Below, one piece after another: positions 9,511 to 18,573 of a stretch of DNA of 32,000 nt; positions within the stretch are counted from its first letter, which is position 1, and every line of letters starts with the position of its first letter. The notes under the pieces are model-generated. The model was given only the letters and a program-made list of their open reading frames with translations. It ran no database searches and was not told where the DNA came from. Source of the stretch: Thermodesulfobacteriota bacterium (GTDB lineage: Bacteria; Desulfobacterota; WTBG01; JAGOGO01); NCBI GenBank assembly GCA_026625185.1, contig CP113000.1:180001-212000 (forward strand). Direction: 5' to 3'. The translations under genes were made by a program, and so were the position numbers.

Positions 9511-10077
9511 TTACACTTTTTGGTTGAAGCGATTCATGGCCTGAGCAGTACTTTCTAACATAATCGTCTTTACTGCCTCCGTGGCCTGATTAATAAGAAT
9601 GTTCAACTTCTTCTTTTCCTGTTCATCGAAATCGGCTAAGACATAATTCCTTCCCTCCCCTTTTTTTTCAGGACGGCTAATGCCCAACCTCACTCGGATG
9701 AACTCGCTTTCCCCCAAGCTCTGGATTATTGATTTTAGTCCTTTATTGCCGGCGTCACCTCCTTTGTTGCGGATTTTCATTTGTCCAAAATTTAAATCAA
9801 GATCATCGTGGATGATGATCACCTTGTCCGTTTCAATCCTAAAAAAATTTTTAAACCTTACAACCGCCTCCCCGCTTAAGTTCATAAAAGTCTGAGGCTT
9901 AGCCAATATTACTTTTTGCTCTTCCCAACTTCCCTTACCCCATAGGGCCATCATCCTTTTTTTATCGAGAGGAATGGATAATTCTTTCGAGAGCTGGTCG
10001 ATGACTCGAAATCCAATATTATGGCGAGTAAATTTAAATTTTCGACCAGGATTACCGAGACCGACTATTAACCACAC
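9511..10077 (-). CDS. pth: Peptidyl-tRNA hydrolase
   Basis: N-terminus (GTG start) WLIVGLGNPGRKFKFTRHNIGF; 188 aa. Confidence 0.95.
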   Translation of the reverse strand: MWLIVGLGNPGRKFKFTRHNIGFRVIDQLSKELSIPLDKKRMMALWGKGSWEEQKVILAKPQTFMNLSGEAVVRFKNFFRIETDKVIIIHDDLDLNFGQMKIRNKGGDAGNKGLKSIIQSLGESEFIRVRLGISRPEKKGEGRNYVLADFDEQEKKKLNILINQATEAVKTIMLESTAQAMNRFNQKV

Positions 10078-10104
10078 GTAACTAATTTGGGTTTCGAATT
10101 ATTA

Positions 10105-10758
10105 TCAGGCTTCAGACTCTTTAGTTTTATCCTCTTTTTCGGCCACTGCTTCGCCTTCTTCAACTACCTCCTCTACCGCTTTTTCAACTTCTAATTTCGG
10201 GCTTAAAACAGTAACCACCGTTTGTTCTCCGGAAGAGAGGACCTCAATGCCTTCCGGTACCGCAATATCCCTTACATGGATTGATTCACCCATCAGCAGG
10301 CTACTGACGTCAACTTCAAACCGGTCAGGGATCGCAAGAGGCATACACCGAATTTCCAGTTCCCTTTCAACCTGCTGTAATATCCCTCCGAGTTTCACTC
10401 CTTCTGCTTTGCCGATTAATTCAATAGGAACTGCTACCGTAACCTTCTTTTCCAAATCAATTTTTTGGAGGTCAAGATGGATAACATCCCGCTTTATCAG
10501 GTCGACCTGAAAATCTCGGATCATCGCAACCTGGGGGCCTATATCTTCCTTGCCCTCGACCGTGAGGTTTATGATAATGTTTTCTCCCACCTTTCCCTTC
10601 AAGGCTTTTTTAAATTCGGTTTGTGTTATCGCCAAGGGGATTGAGTCTATCTTGGGACCATAAAAGACTCCGGGAATCAATCCATTTTGTCGGCACCGGT
10701 GGGCAGGCCCTTTGCCGGTTTCTTCGCGTAATTGAACTTTTAAATCTATTCGTTCCAT
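10105..10758 (-). CDS. rplY: 50S ribosomal protein L25/general stress protein Ctc
   Basis: Two-domain L25/Ctc layout (REETGKGPAHRCRQNGLIPGVFYG...) with an acidic C-terminal tail. It sits in the conserved prs-ctc-pth position. Confidence 0.9.
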   Translation of the reverse strand: MERIDLKVQLREETGKGPAHRCRQNGLIPGVFYGPKIDSIPLAITQTEFKKALKGKVGENIIINLTVEGKEDIGPQVAMIRDFQVDLIKRDVIHLDLQKIDLEKKVTVAVPIELIGKAEGVKLGGILQQVERELEIRCMPLAIPDRFEVDVSSLLMGESIHVRDIAVPEGIEVLSSGEQTVVTVLSPKLEVEKAVEEVVEEGEAVAEKEDKTKESEA

Positions 10759-10767
10759 ATTTTTTCC

Positions 10768-11718
10768 TTATATAAATAAAGCACTCACTGACTCATTATA
10801 GTGGATTCTCCGGATTGCTTCACTAAGCAGTCCCGCCACTGACAATACTGTTATCTTCTTACTTTTTTGCTTTTCTTCGGTCAGAGGAATCGTATTCGTA
10901 ACAATAACTTCTTTAATGACCGAGTCCTCAAGCCTTTTTACCGCGTTCCCGGAAAGTACCCCGTGGGTACAGCACGCAAAAACTTCGTGAGCACCATCAT
11001 CTTTGAGGGCTTGGGCTGCCTGGACAATTGTCCCTCCGGTATCAATCATATCATCAATGATAATAGCACTTTTCCCTTCCACTTCCCCGATAACATGCAT
11101 AATTTCAGAGACATTCGGCGCGGGTCTTCTTTTATCAATAATTGCCAGTCCCGCATTGAGTCTTCCGGCAAAATCCCGAGCTCTTTCTACTCCACCGGTA
11201 TCCGGTGACACTACCACTAAGTCATTTAAAAATTTTTCCTTAACATATTGATAAAGAACCGGGGTGCTGTAAAGATGATCAACCGGGATATTAAAAAACC
11301 CTTGGATCTGACCAGCGTGTAATTCCATAGTGAGTACGCGATTTGCTCCCGCCACTGATATAAGATCAGCCATCAATTTGGCGCTTATAGGCACTCGGGG
11401 AGAAACCTTCCGATCTTGCCGGCCATAACCATAATAAGGAATTACTGCGGTAATCCGAGCCGGTGATGCCCTTTTTAACGCATCTAATATTATCAACATT
11501 TCCATAATATGTTCATTTGCCGGGGTACAGGCAGACTGAACAATAAAAACATCCATCCCCCGAACATTTTCACAAATATCAACCGAGATTTCGCCATCGC
11601 TAAATTTTTTTAAGGAAGCCTCTCCCAGGGGAATATGGAGGAGATCACACATCTCTTGAGCCAAAGCAACATTGGAACTTCCGCTAAATATCTTCAATTT
11701 TTCCAATATATTAACCAA
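10768..11718 (-). CDS. prs: Ribose-phosphate pyrophosphokinase
   Basis: [16 protein letters not shown]...[17 protein letters not shown] and [12 protein letters not shown]; 316 aa. TTG start, with some ambiguity. Confidence 0.95.
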   Translation of the reverse strand: MVNILEKLKIFSGSSNVALAQEMCDLLHIPLGEASLKKFSDGEISVDICENVRGMDVFIVQSACTPANEHIMEMLIILDALKRASPARITAVIPYYGYGRQDRKVSPRVPISAKLMADLISVAGANRVLTMELHAGQIQGFFNIPVDHLYSTPVLYQYVKEKFLNDLVVVSPDTGGVERARDFAGRLNAGLAIIDKRRPAPNVSEIMHVIGEVEGKSAIIIDDMIDTGGTIVQAAQALKDDGAHEVFACCTHGVLSGNAVKRLEDSVIKEVIVTNTIPLTEEKQKSKKITVLSVAGLLSEAIRRIHYNESVSALFI

Positions 11719-12287
11719 AGTCTCCCTTTCGCCCCTAAAAGATTGATCCTGTCTTCAAAATGAGCACTGGATAACTAACTTAAAAATCTTACCTTTTTTA
11801 AAAACCAGCTTATCGATTCAAATTCCAATAATCAATAATATTTAAATATAAAAAGTTTTTTATTAGTTCATAAAAAATAAAAAATCAAGTATTTTTTGTT
11901 TGCCGAGTTACCGTGAACGATTTTTGTTTGCTAAGATGCCCAAACTATGGCAGGACAAGCCGGAATATTTCAATCTTTAGGACAGAGGAGACGCCAATCC
12001 TACCCTGTTTTGTTATAAAAATCGCTCAGTTCGAAATAGGTAACATATCGTTACGCAAAAAAAATTGCCAATTTTTTATTGGTTTTTTTGTTTAAAAATA
12101 ATTTCTATGGGAGAAAAAACAGAAAAATAGTGAAGGGGAAATTATTAAATAATATAGGTTGCTTATTAGAAAAATTTTTGATTTTATTGTGGACTAAATC
12201 TTTGGCTTTAAAATAAAGTCTTCATCTTCCTTATTTCCAAAACACAATTTTCACCTTGGTGAAAAAACTTAAAAAATTTCTTACACT

Positions 12288-12319
12288 ATTTCACACGGGG
12301 TAAATGCCCCATGTGAAAT
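12288..12319 (-). terminator. Hairpin just downstream of asd (13-bp stem, one mismatch, 6-nt loop)
   Basis: ATTTCACACGGGG (12288-12300) pairs with CCCCATGTGAAAT (12307-12319), with one C.A mismatch. On the minus strand, T-runs follow ~11 nt later (AGTGTAAGAAATTTTTTAAGTTTTTT). The U-tract is not adjacent to the stem, hence modest confidence. Confidence 0.4.
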
Positions 12320-12333
12320 TCTTCTAACGAGGT

Positions 12334-13386
12334 TTACTCAACATATCCTTTTACCTTCATATACTCAGCATTGAGAATCGCCGCACCGGCAGCTCCCCGG
12401 ATAGTATTATGGCTTAAGACTAAAAACTTATAGTCAAGAACGGAGCATTTTCTGATCCGTCCCACCACACAAGCCATCCCTTTTCCCTCATCGCGATCAA
12501 AGCGGGGCTGAGGCCGATCATTTTCTTCACTGACCACAATTGGCTGAGGAGGCGCAAAAGGAAGATCAAGTCCCCTGAGAGGGTTGTAAGTCTCAAGGGT
12601 TGCGATCAACTCCTCGCGGGATGGTTTTGCTTTCATTTCGACGCTGACGGTTTCCAGGTGGCCGTCTTTCACGTTAACTCGGTTGCAGCTTGCGCTGATA
12701 AGCATGTCGGCCATGACAAATCGGCGGTTTTTAACCGTACCCAAAATCTTTTGCGGCTCAGTCTCCACCTTGTCTTCTTCCCCACCGATATAGGGGACTA
12801 CATTGTCAAGAATATCCAATGAAGCAACACCAGGATATCCGGCTCCACTTAAGGCCTGCATTGTGGTAACCACAATCTTTGTGACCCCATATTTCTTATG
12901 CAAAGGTGCAACCCCCATTACCAGGCCTATCGTTGAACAATTCGGGTTTGTAACAATAAAACCATTTGACCCAATTCTTTTTTTCTGCGCGGAAATTATT
13001 TCCAGGTGATCGCCATTGATTTCAGGAATAAGAAGCGGAACATCATCATCCATCCGATGGTTTTTAGAATTACTGCTTACTACATAACCTGCACAGGCAA
13101 ATTTTTCTTCTACTGGTCCTGCCACGCTCGAATCAAGTGCAGAAAAGACAACCCCGCAGTCCAGGTCAGGAGTACATTCCTTCACTTCCATCCCCCTTAC
13201 GTCTTTAGGAATAGGGGTTTCGAGTTTCCACCTTCCGACCATACTTTCCTGATAAGTTTTACCTGCGCTCCTTTCAGAAGCTGCCAAAGCAGAAATTTCA
13301 AACCAAGGATGGTTTTCCAGGAGCTGGATAAACCTTTGTCCTACCATCCCGGTTGCTCCTAAAATCCCAACTTTTATTTTTTTCAT
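12334..13386 (-). CDS. asd: Aspartate-semialdehyde dehydrogenase
   Basis: [19 protein letters not shown] and the active-site region TNPNCSTI; 350 aa. Confidence 0.95.
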   Translation of the reverse strand: MKKIKVGILGATGMVGQRFIQLLENHPWFEISALAASERSAGKTYQESMVGRWKLETPIPKDVRGMEVKECTPDLDCGVVFSALDSSVAGPVEEKFACAGYVVSSNSKNHRMDDDVPLLIPEINGDHLEIISAQKKRIGSNGFIVTNPNCSTIGLVMGVAPLHKKYGVTKIVVTTMQALSGAGYPGVASLDILDNVVPYIGGEEDKVETEPQKILGTVKNRRFVMADMLISASCNRVNVKDGHLETVSVEMKAKPSREELIATLETYNPLRGLDLPFAPPQPIVVSEENDRPQPRFDRDEGKGMACVVGRIRKCSVLDYKFLVLSHNTIRGAAGAAILNAEYMKVKGYVE

Positions 13387-13412
13387 CCTTTATACTCCTT
13401 GCGACAAAAAAC

Positions 13413-14288
13413 TTATAAAATTTTTTGTTTTTCTAAAACCACCTTAAGTTTTTCTCTATTTTGGGGATCCATCGTGCACAGGGGAGAGCGAAAAACCTCT
13501 TTAACCATTCCCAACATCGTCAGAGCAGTTTTTATGGGAATAGGATTCGTCTCAATAAAAAGCGCTTTAAAAAGAGGTAATAAAAGATAGTGGTACTCCC
13601 GGGCTTCGTCCCATTTCCCCTGCAATGCACATTGTACCAATTTTGAAACCTGCCGAGGAACAATATTGCTGGCTACGGAAATAACCCCATCACCACCAAG
13701 AACCATAAGCGGTAACGTCAAGTTATCATCGCCGCTTAACACCGTAAACCCTGCCGGCCGTCGGCTTAAAACATCCATCATCTGGGGGATACTCCCGGAA
13801 GCTTCTTTAACTCCAACAATATTTTTATGTTCTGCCATCATCAGAAGGGTATCAGTTTCGATATTAATTCCTGTTCTTCCGGGGATGTTGTAAATAATCA
13901 TCGGCAGATCAATTGCTTCGGCAATGGAAATGAAATGTTCATAAAGCCCTTTTTGAGTAGGCTTATTATAATAAGGGGCCACTTGAAGGCTGGAGTGCGC
14001 ACCAGCTTTCAAAGCGTGTTGAGTAAGAAGTATTGCCTCGTCCGTGGAGTTGCTTCCCGTTCCCGCGATAACGGGAACTCGCCCCCGGGCTTCATCAATA
14101 ACAATGTCGATCGCCTGATTGTGTTCTTCATAGGTGAGCGTTGGGCTTTCTCCCGTCGTTCCGCAAGGAGCGATCCCGGAGATACTATTCTCGATCTGAA
14201 AGTTTACCAGTTTTCTTAACGCCTTTTCATCAATCTTCCCCTTTTCGTCAAAAGGGGTTATAATAGCAGTTATGGCTCCTTGGAGCAT
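13413..14288 (-). CDS. dapA: 4-hydroxy-tetrahydrodipicolinate synthase
   Basis: [13 protein letters not shown]... and [11 protein letters not shown]. The start is set at ATG 14286-14288, which has GGAGGG 7 nt upstream, rather than the longer ORF-track start at 14330. Confidence 0.95.
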   Translation of the reverse strand: MLQGAITAIITPFDEKGKIDEKALRKLVNFQIENSISGIAPCGTTGESPTLTYEEHNQAIDIVIDEARGRVPVIAGTGSNSTDEAILLTQHALKAGAHSSLQVAPYYNKPTQKGLYEHFISIAEAIDLPMIIYNIPGRTGINIETDTLLMMAEHKNIVGVKEASGSIPQMMDVLSRRPAGFTVLSGDDNLTLPLMVLGGDGVISVASNIVPRQVSKLVQCALQGKWDEAREYHYLLLPLFKALFIETNPIPIKTALTMLGMVKEVFRSPLCTMDPQNREKLKVVLEKQKIL

Positions 14289-14387
14289 CTTTTTTCCCTC
14301 CTTTGAAAAATTTTTCTTTAATATCATCATAAAAAATTCTTTTCAACAAAAAATGATTAATTGCGTCTTTTTTAAAGAAAGAAGTTT

Positions 14388-17057
14388 TTAGGGAATAACT
14401 GAGGTCTCCTCTGGCTTTACTATGAGAAGGGTATATTTATTAAGGTCTAAATATTTTTTTGCCGCTCTTTTTACATCTTTTACAGAAACTTTAAGTATTT
14501 TATCAAGGTAACTCTCAGAATAATCATACCCCAAGCCATAGCGTTCGTTGAATCCCATATCTGCAGCTATAGACGCATTGGTCTGGTGTTCGATGCTAAA
14601 ATTTCCCACCAAATAGTTTCTGGCTCGTTCTAATTCTTGCGGGCTTACTTTTTCCTCGGTAATCTTTTGGATTTCTTTTTTTATTCCATCAACGGCTTTT
14701 TCCACTTTGGAAGGTTCACAGCCAATATAAAAAGCAATATATCCCGGGTCAATCCCCTCCCAAGCAAAGGAGGTTACCACATATGCCAAGCTCTGTTTAT
14801 CACGAAGCTCGGTAAAAAGTCTTCCTCCCTGACCGGCAAGAATTGTATTTAACACCTCCAAGGAATGCTTATCAGGATTTTTTATATCTACCCCGAAAAA
14901 TCCCAACATTACCTGGGCTTGGGCTTTTTCCCCTTGTTTTATTTCTTTTTGGCGGGAAACAGCAGACGGTGATCCTTGAGATACTGTTGGGTAGGCACAA
15001 GTCAGACCTGAAAATCCATGAAAAAGAGCCTCGACCATTTTCTTAACGTTATCTGCCTTCACATCTCCCACAATAGTGATAACCAGGTTTTTGGCTCGCG
15101 CCAAGCTGCCATAGTATTCCTCCAACTCCCGGGAGGTAAGTTTGCTCACAACGTCTTTCGTTCCTAAAGAATCCATCCCATAGGGCTGGTTTTCAAAAAA
15201 GAAAGCATCAAAATTTTTGCGGATAAAAGAAAAAGGTTGATCTTTCTCCTGGTCAATGGCGGCTATAATATCTGCTCGTTTCTTCGGTAACTCTTCTTCC
15301 GGGAAAGTAGGGTTGATAATAACATCGGAAAATAAGTCTAAGCCCTGATCCAAAAACTGACTTAGGATCGTGCAGGAAACTCCGAAGCTGTTCCGCCCTG
15401 AAAATCCGTTCACCACTCCGGCCATTGATTCAATTTCCTTGGCAATTTCGAGCGCTGAACGCTTCTTCGTTCCCTTCGTAAGCATTTCAGCAATAAAATT
15501 GTTAATTCCATTGTTATCTTTTTTTTCAAAGCGAACCCCGCCCAAGAAAACTGCCTGCATTGAAACAATCGGTAAATTCCGATTTTCCCGAACAACCAAG
15601 GTTATTCCGTTGGGCAAAATAAATTTTTGGGTTACCTGATAAGGAGTGGTCAAAGCCAATACAGACGGCTTTCCCCGCTGAGGAATTGATTCCCTAATCC
15701 CCTCGTATGTTATAGGAGAAGTCTCCTTTGCCGGAACAAGCAGTCCGATGGTAGCGTTTTGGGGAGTAAGATATTTCTGCGCTACTTTGATAATATCCTG
15801 AGCAGTTACCTGATTTACCCGTTCCACATAGGTTTGTTCAAAAGCCACATCTCCCATAACAGATTCAAAATAACCGAGTTGACGCCCTTCGCCCTGGATG
15901 GTTTGTTGACTATAGATAAAATCGCTTGTCAGTTTTAGCTTGGCCTTTTGAATTTCTTCTGAAGACGGTGGTTCATCCTGAATCCGGTAAAGCTCTTGAA
16001 AAATTTTTGTTAAGGCGGGCTTAGCCTTATCCGCCTCCAACAGGCATCCGATCATCATGACCCCGGGATCCCTGGGAGTATATGAAGAAGCATTAATAGA
16101 GTGCACCACCCCTGCTTCCGCCTTTACCTTTTGGTACAGGCGGGACGATTCACCATCCCCCAGGATGGACGCCAGCAGATCCAGCGGATAAAGATCATTA
16201 TGGCTAACCGCTGGTATATGAAACGCCATTTCAAGATACGTTTTCTGCACATCTTCCGACAAAATAACGCTCCGCATTTCTCTTTGTGTCGGCTCGGCAG
16301 GCCGGTTTGGATTTCCCGTCATATGAGAAGTAAAATTCAAAAAGGCTTTTTTTATGGAGTCCAACGCCTCGTCGGATTTAAAATCTCCGGTTACCGCCAA
16401 TACCATGTTATCCGGAGCGTACCATTTACGAAAATATTCCATGGCCTTTGTCCGATCAAAACTTTGCACCGTCTTTTGAAAACCGATGATCGGCCGTTGA
16501 TAAGGATGAACCGTATAAGCAGCGGAAAAAAGCGCTTCATCAAGCTTGGTCGAAGGCTGATCAGTCCTCATTCTGACCTCTTCCAGCACAACTTCTTTCT
16601 CTTTTCTAAGTTCTTCGGGATCAAAGGAGGAGTTTTGAATCGCATCCGCTATAATATCCAAGCCGGAAGAAAAATATCGATTCGGGATCACCAGATAAAA
16701 GACGGTCTGGTCATAAGAAGTAAAGGCGTTGATCTCCCCTCCGGCCGTCTCGACCTCCCGGGCGATTTCGCCTACTTTCCTTTTAGCTGTGCCTTTAAAA
16801 AGCATATGTTCAATAAAATGTGTTATGCCCGCCTCTTTATCCTGTTCATCCGCGCTGCCGACTTTAATCCACATTTGAAAGGAGACAAGGGGAGAAGAAT
16901 GGTTCTCTTTTAAAATTACGGTTAAGCCATTATCCAAGGTATGCTTCTGGATCGGGGAATTTCCCCAGCTCGGCATTACCCACAACATGCTAACCCATGA
17001 GGTTAAACAAAGAATTATCCCTTTTTTAACCGAGGGAAAAAAGAACCTGTTTCGCAT
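14388..17057 (-). CDS. Tandem M16-family (pitrilysin-like) zinc peptidase, secreted
   Basis: 889 aa with an N-terminal signal-like segment. The first M16 unit has the HxxEH motif (GITHFIEHMLFKGT). The second unit lacks the His residues (NNFIAEMLTKGT), as is typical of fused active/inactive pairs. Confidence 0.9.
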   Translation of the reverse strand: MRNRFFFPSVKKGIILCLTSWVSMLWVMPSWGNSPIQKHTLDNGLTVILKENHSSPLVSFQMWIKVGSADEQDKEAGITHFIEHMLFKGTAKRKVGEIAREVETAGGEINAFTSYDQTVFYLVIPNRYFSSGLDIIADAIQNSSFDPEELRKEKEVVLEEVRMRTDQPSTKLDEALFSAAYTVHPYQRPIIGFQKTVQSFDRTKAMEYFRKWYAPDNMVLAVTGDFKSDEALDSIKKAFLNFTSHMTGNPNRPAEPTQREMRSVILSEDVQKTYLEMAFHIPAVSHNDLYPLDLLASILGDGESSRLYQKVKAEAGVVHSINASSYTPRDPGVMMIGCLLEADKAKPALTKIFQELYRIQDEPPSSEEIQKAKLKLTSDFIYSQQTIQGEGRQLGYFESVMGDVAFEQTYVERVNQVTAQDIIKVAQKYLTPQNATIGLLVPAKETSPITYEGIRESIPQRGKPSVLALTTPYQVTQKFILPNGITLVVRENRNLPIVSMQAVFLGGVRFEKKDNNGINNFIAEMLTKGTKKRSALEIAKEIESMAGVVNGFSGRNSFGVSCTILSQFLDQGLDLFSDVIINPTFPEEELPKKRADIIAAIDQEKDQPFSFIRKNFDAFFFENQPYGMDSLGTKDVVSKLTSRELEEYYGSLARAKNLVITIVGDVKADNVKKMVEALFHGFSGLTCAYPTVSQGSPSAVSRQKEIKQGEKAQAQVMLGFFGVDIKNPDKHSLEVLNTILAGQGGRLFTELRDKQSLAYVVTSFAWEGIDPGYIAFYIGCEPSKVEKAVDGIKKEIQKITEEKVSPQELERARNYLVGNFSIEHQTNASIAADMGFNERYGLGYDYSESYLDKILKVSVKDVKRAAKKYLDLNKYTLLIVKPEETSVIP

Positions 17058-17181
17058 TGTGTGCCTCTGATTTAAAATAATGAAAAATTGACGATTTTTC
17101 AGATAGACTCTTTAACAATAAAGAAGGTTCTAAAAAAACAGTAAAAACTTCCTCGCACCCCGTTCCTTGGCACCTCGCCCC

Positions 17182-17412
17182 TTATTTCCAAAACACCTGC
17201 TCCTGATCTGCCTGATTCCAGGAACCATTGTGGGCTTGTTGTTCCTTTGGTTGCTTCTTTTCCTGCAATTTGTGGATAAACCGGGGGGAGACTTTCTTTA
17301 TGGGTAGGAGAGTATTAATATTTTTGGAAAAAATCAAGGTAATAGCGCAGCCATTTTTTATACATTCACTAAAAACTATTAGGAATTGCCCTGTTTCGTA
17401 AATATTCTTCAA
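17182..17412 (-). CDS. Hypothetical 76-aa ORF (weak)
   Basis: Open frame with a TTG start, no Shine-Dalgarno sequence (the upstream is C-rich) and no motif I recognise. Listed only because it occupies an otherwise empty ~600-bp spacer. Confidence 0.2.
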   Translation of the reverse strand: MKNIYETGQFLIVFSECIKNGCAITLIFSKNINTLLPIKKVSPRFIHKLQEKKQPKEQQAHNGSWNQADQEQVFWK

Positions 17413-17674
17413 ATATTGCCGGTAACGCGGGAGGGATGGTCAGCATGAAGAATTCTTCCCCTTCTGTATATCCTGAAAATTGATATGATATCCAGAAGGA
17501 CAAAATAAATGGTTGCAAAAAATTGTCAAGGAATTAATTTTTATAGCAATGAATTTAAAGGAGATAAATAGTATTGGGAATTGCCGGTTAGAAAAATCCA
17601 AACAAAATTTTTGTTTATGTTTCCAAAAGAACCCCTTGTGTTAGGGAGATAGACAGAAACTATAGAATAACTGG

Positions 17675-17704
17675 TTCCCCCCCCCCGCTTCGTTCCGGGG
17701 GGAA
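17675..17704 (+). repeat. C10 homopolymer inside a TTC(n)...G6AA hairpin
   Basis: C run at 17677-17686 (10 C) and G run at 17697-17702 (6 G). TTCCCCCC can pair with GGGGGGAA around a GCTTCGTTC-type loop. This is the longest G/C homopolymer in the window. Confidence 0.9.
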
Positions 17705-17808
17705 TGCGGCAGTTTAGCAGTAAACTCCTGATTTCCCCTTCGCTCCGCTACGGGGAGAACTAGGAGTTGGAGACAGATGCCCTTCGGGCACTGCTCAACT
17801 GCCGCATT
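17703..17808 (+). other. 106-nt inverted-repeat element predicted to fold as a three-way junction (unclassified RNA or DNA structure)
   Basis: P1: AATGCGGCAGTTTAGCAG (17703-17720) pairs with CTGCTCAACTGCCGCATT (17791-17808), 18 bp with one T/C mismatch and the outer 12 bp perfect. P2: AACTCCT (17723-17729) with AGGAGTT (17762-17768), extended by TTTCCCC (17732-17738) with GGGGAGA (17752-17758, one G.U). P3: TGCCC-TTC-GGGCA (17778-17790). The element ends 20 nt before the ORF start at 17828. Confidence 0.5.
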
Positions 17809-17827
17809 GAACGAGAGGATTTGAGTA

Positions 17828-18520
17828 ATGTGCGAGAGTGCTGATCTGAAACGTGTGAATGGCGTTATTGCCCGCTTCTGCCACGATGTCGTCGCGGAGC
17901 CCCTATGCTTTTTCTCGGAAGCAGATCTTCAGAGCATGCTGTTTGCGAAACTTTCAATGGAGTTCCCGGAGCAGATAGAGACATCGTGCTCCAGAGGACC
18001 GGATTCAAAAGGAAAGTACAAGGCTGGTTTGGTCCACCGCGAGTATGGCGCAGGAGGGGGACGCAGGATAGATATTTCGGTGTTCGATCCTGACGATGTT
18101 GCGCGTATTGATGAAGTCACTCTTAAGACTGCCGGCAAGTACATTAAACCTCGCTTCGCTATCGAACTCGGAACAGAGAAATCATTAGATGCAACTGGCC
18201 AAATCAGCAGAGATCTCGACAAGCTGGCCGATGCAACTGAGCGAGGGTATCTCATTCATTTCTTTCGCGACACGAGCCGTTCGGCAGTGGGCACAGGAAG
18301 GAGAGAGAACAAAGAGCAAAGCATCGAATCGAAGTTTAGGAATCCGGTCAATAAGGCTAAGGTTCCTCAGAAAGTCCGCAGCTTGTTCTTCTTAATTCGA
18401 GTTGCCCGAAGGCAGAAAAAAATCTGGGGAAAATGCGAAATGTATTTGCCTGAGACTGGCAAGTGGCAGAAGGTCAATCTACAAAATGTATGCAGTTGCG
18501 TGGCAGAACGCTTGCGCTGA
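17828..18520 (+). CDS. Orphan 230-aa protein with PD-(D/E)xK-nuclease-like motif arrangement (function unknown)
   Basis: Uninterrupted 690-nt frame with ATG preceded by GAGAGGA ~11 nt upstream. The motif order is reminiscent of restriction-endonuclease-fold proteins: FFSEADLQSML (E31), GGRRIDISVFD (D82), RFAIELGTEK (E113, K118), then DLDKLADATERGYLIHFF. The canonical ExK is not exact (ELG..EK). Confidence 0.6.
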   Translation: MCESADLKRVNGVIARFCHDVVAEPLCFFSEADLQSMLFAKLSMEFPEQIETSCSRGPDSKGKYKAGLVHREYGAGGGRRIDISVFDPDDVARIDEVTLKTAGKYIKPRFAIELGTEKSLDATGQISRDLDKLADATERGYLIHFFRDTSRSAVGTGRRENKEQSIESKFRNPVNKAKVPQKVRSLFFLIRVARRQKKIWGKCEMYLPETGKWQKVNLQNVCSCVAERLR

Positions 18521-18526
18521 TAATGT

Positions 18527-18573
18527 GCCAACCACCGCTTGCACCCCATTCGGGGTGAAGCGGATTGTTGGGC
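18527..18573 (+). terminator. Composite hairpin 6 nt after the ORF stop (no U-tract)
   Basis: CCGCTT-G-CACCCC (18535-18547), ATTC loop, GGGGTG-AAGCGG (18552-18563): 12 bp with one bulge. It is enclosed by CCAAC (18528-18532) pairing with GTTGG (18567-18571). It is followed by GCATGAG, not a T-run. Confidence 0.3.

Noticed and set aside
11913-12095. 60-aa plus-strand ORF in the prs-asd spacer
   Set aside because: GTG start without SD and a low-complexity AT-driven sequence. It runs through the terminator-like hairpin.
11719-12333. Replication origin or DnaA-box cluster in the AT-rich spacer
   Set aside because: Only one weak (7/9) DnaA-box-like match (TGTGGACTA, ~12189). There is no cluster, and no dnaA/dnaN context.
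16101-16913. 270-aa plus-strand ORF
   Set aside because: It is antisense to the M16 peptidase, basic and low-complexity, with no start context. The same reasoning applies to 23138-23749 (antisense to pgpH), 5093-5608 (antisense to TerC) and 13006-13362 (antisense to asd).
17723-17768. Hammerhead ribozyme core (CTGAT... stem ...AGAAC around a three-way junction)
   Set aside because: The sequence reads CUGAUUU instead of CUGAUGA, and AGAAC instead of GAAA in the required register. The essential G8/A9 equivalents are U.
17703-17808. Retron msr-msd ncRNA (the 12-nt perfect terminal inverted repeat resembles a1/a2)
   Set aside because: No reverse transcriptase ORF or YxDD-type motif occurs anywhere in the window. 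The internal region is short for an msd, and I cannot identify a branching-G context. Kept only as one hypothesis in the finding.
17703-17808. Integron attC site (GTTTAGC ... GCTCAAC boxes)
   Set aside because: The boxes occur in the order GTT... then ...AAC, the reverse of R''(RYYYAAC)...R'(GTTRRRY). The helix continues well beyond them and no intI gene is present. The 18527-18573 hairpin has the right box order but is only 47 bp with an imperfect R''.
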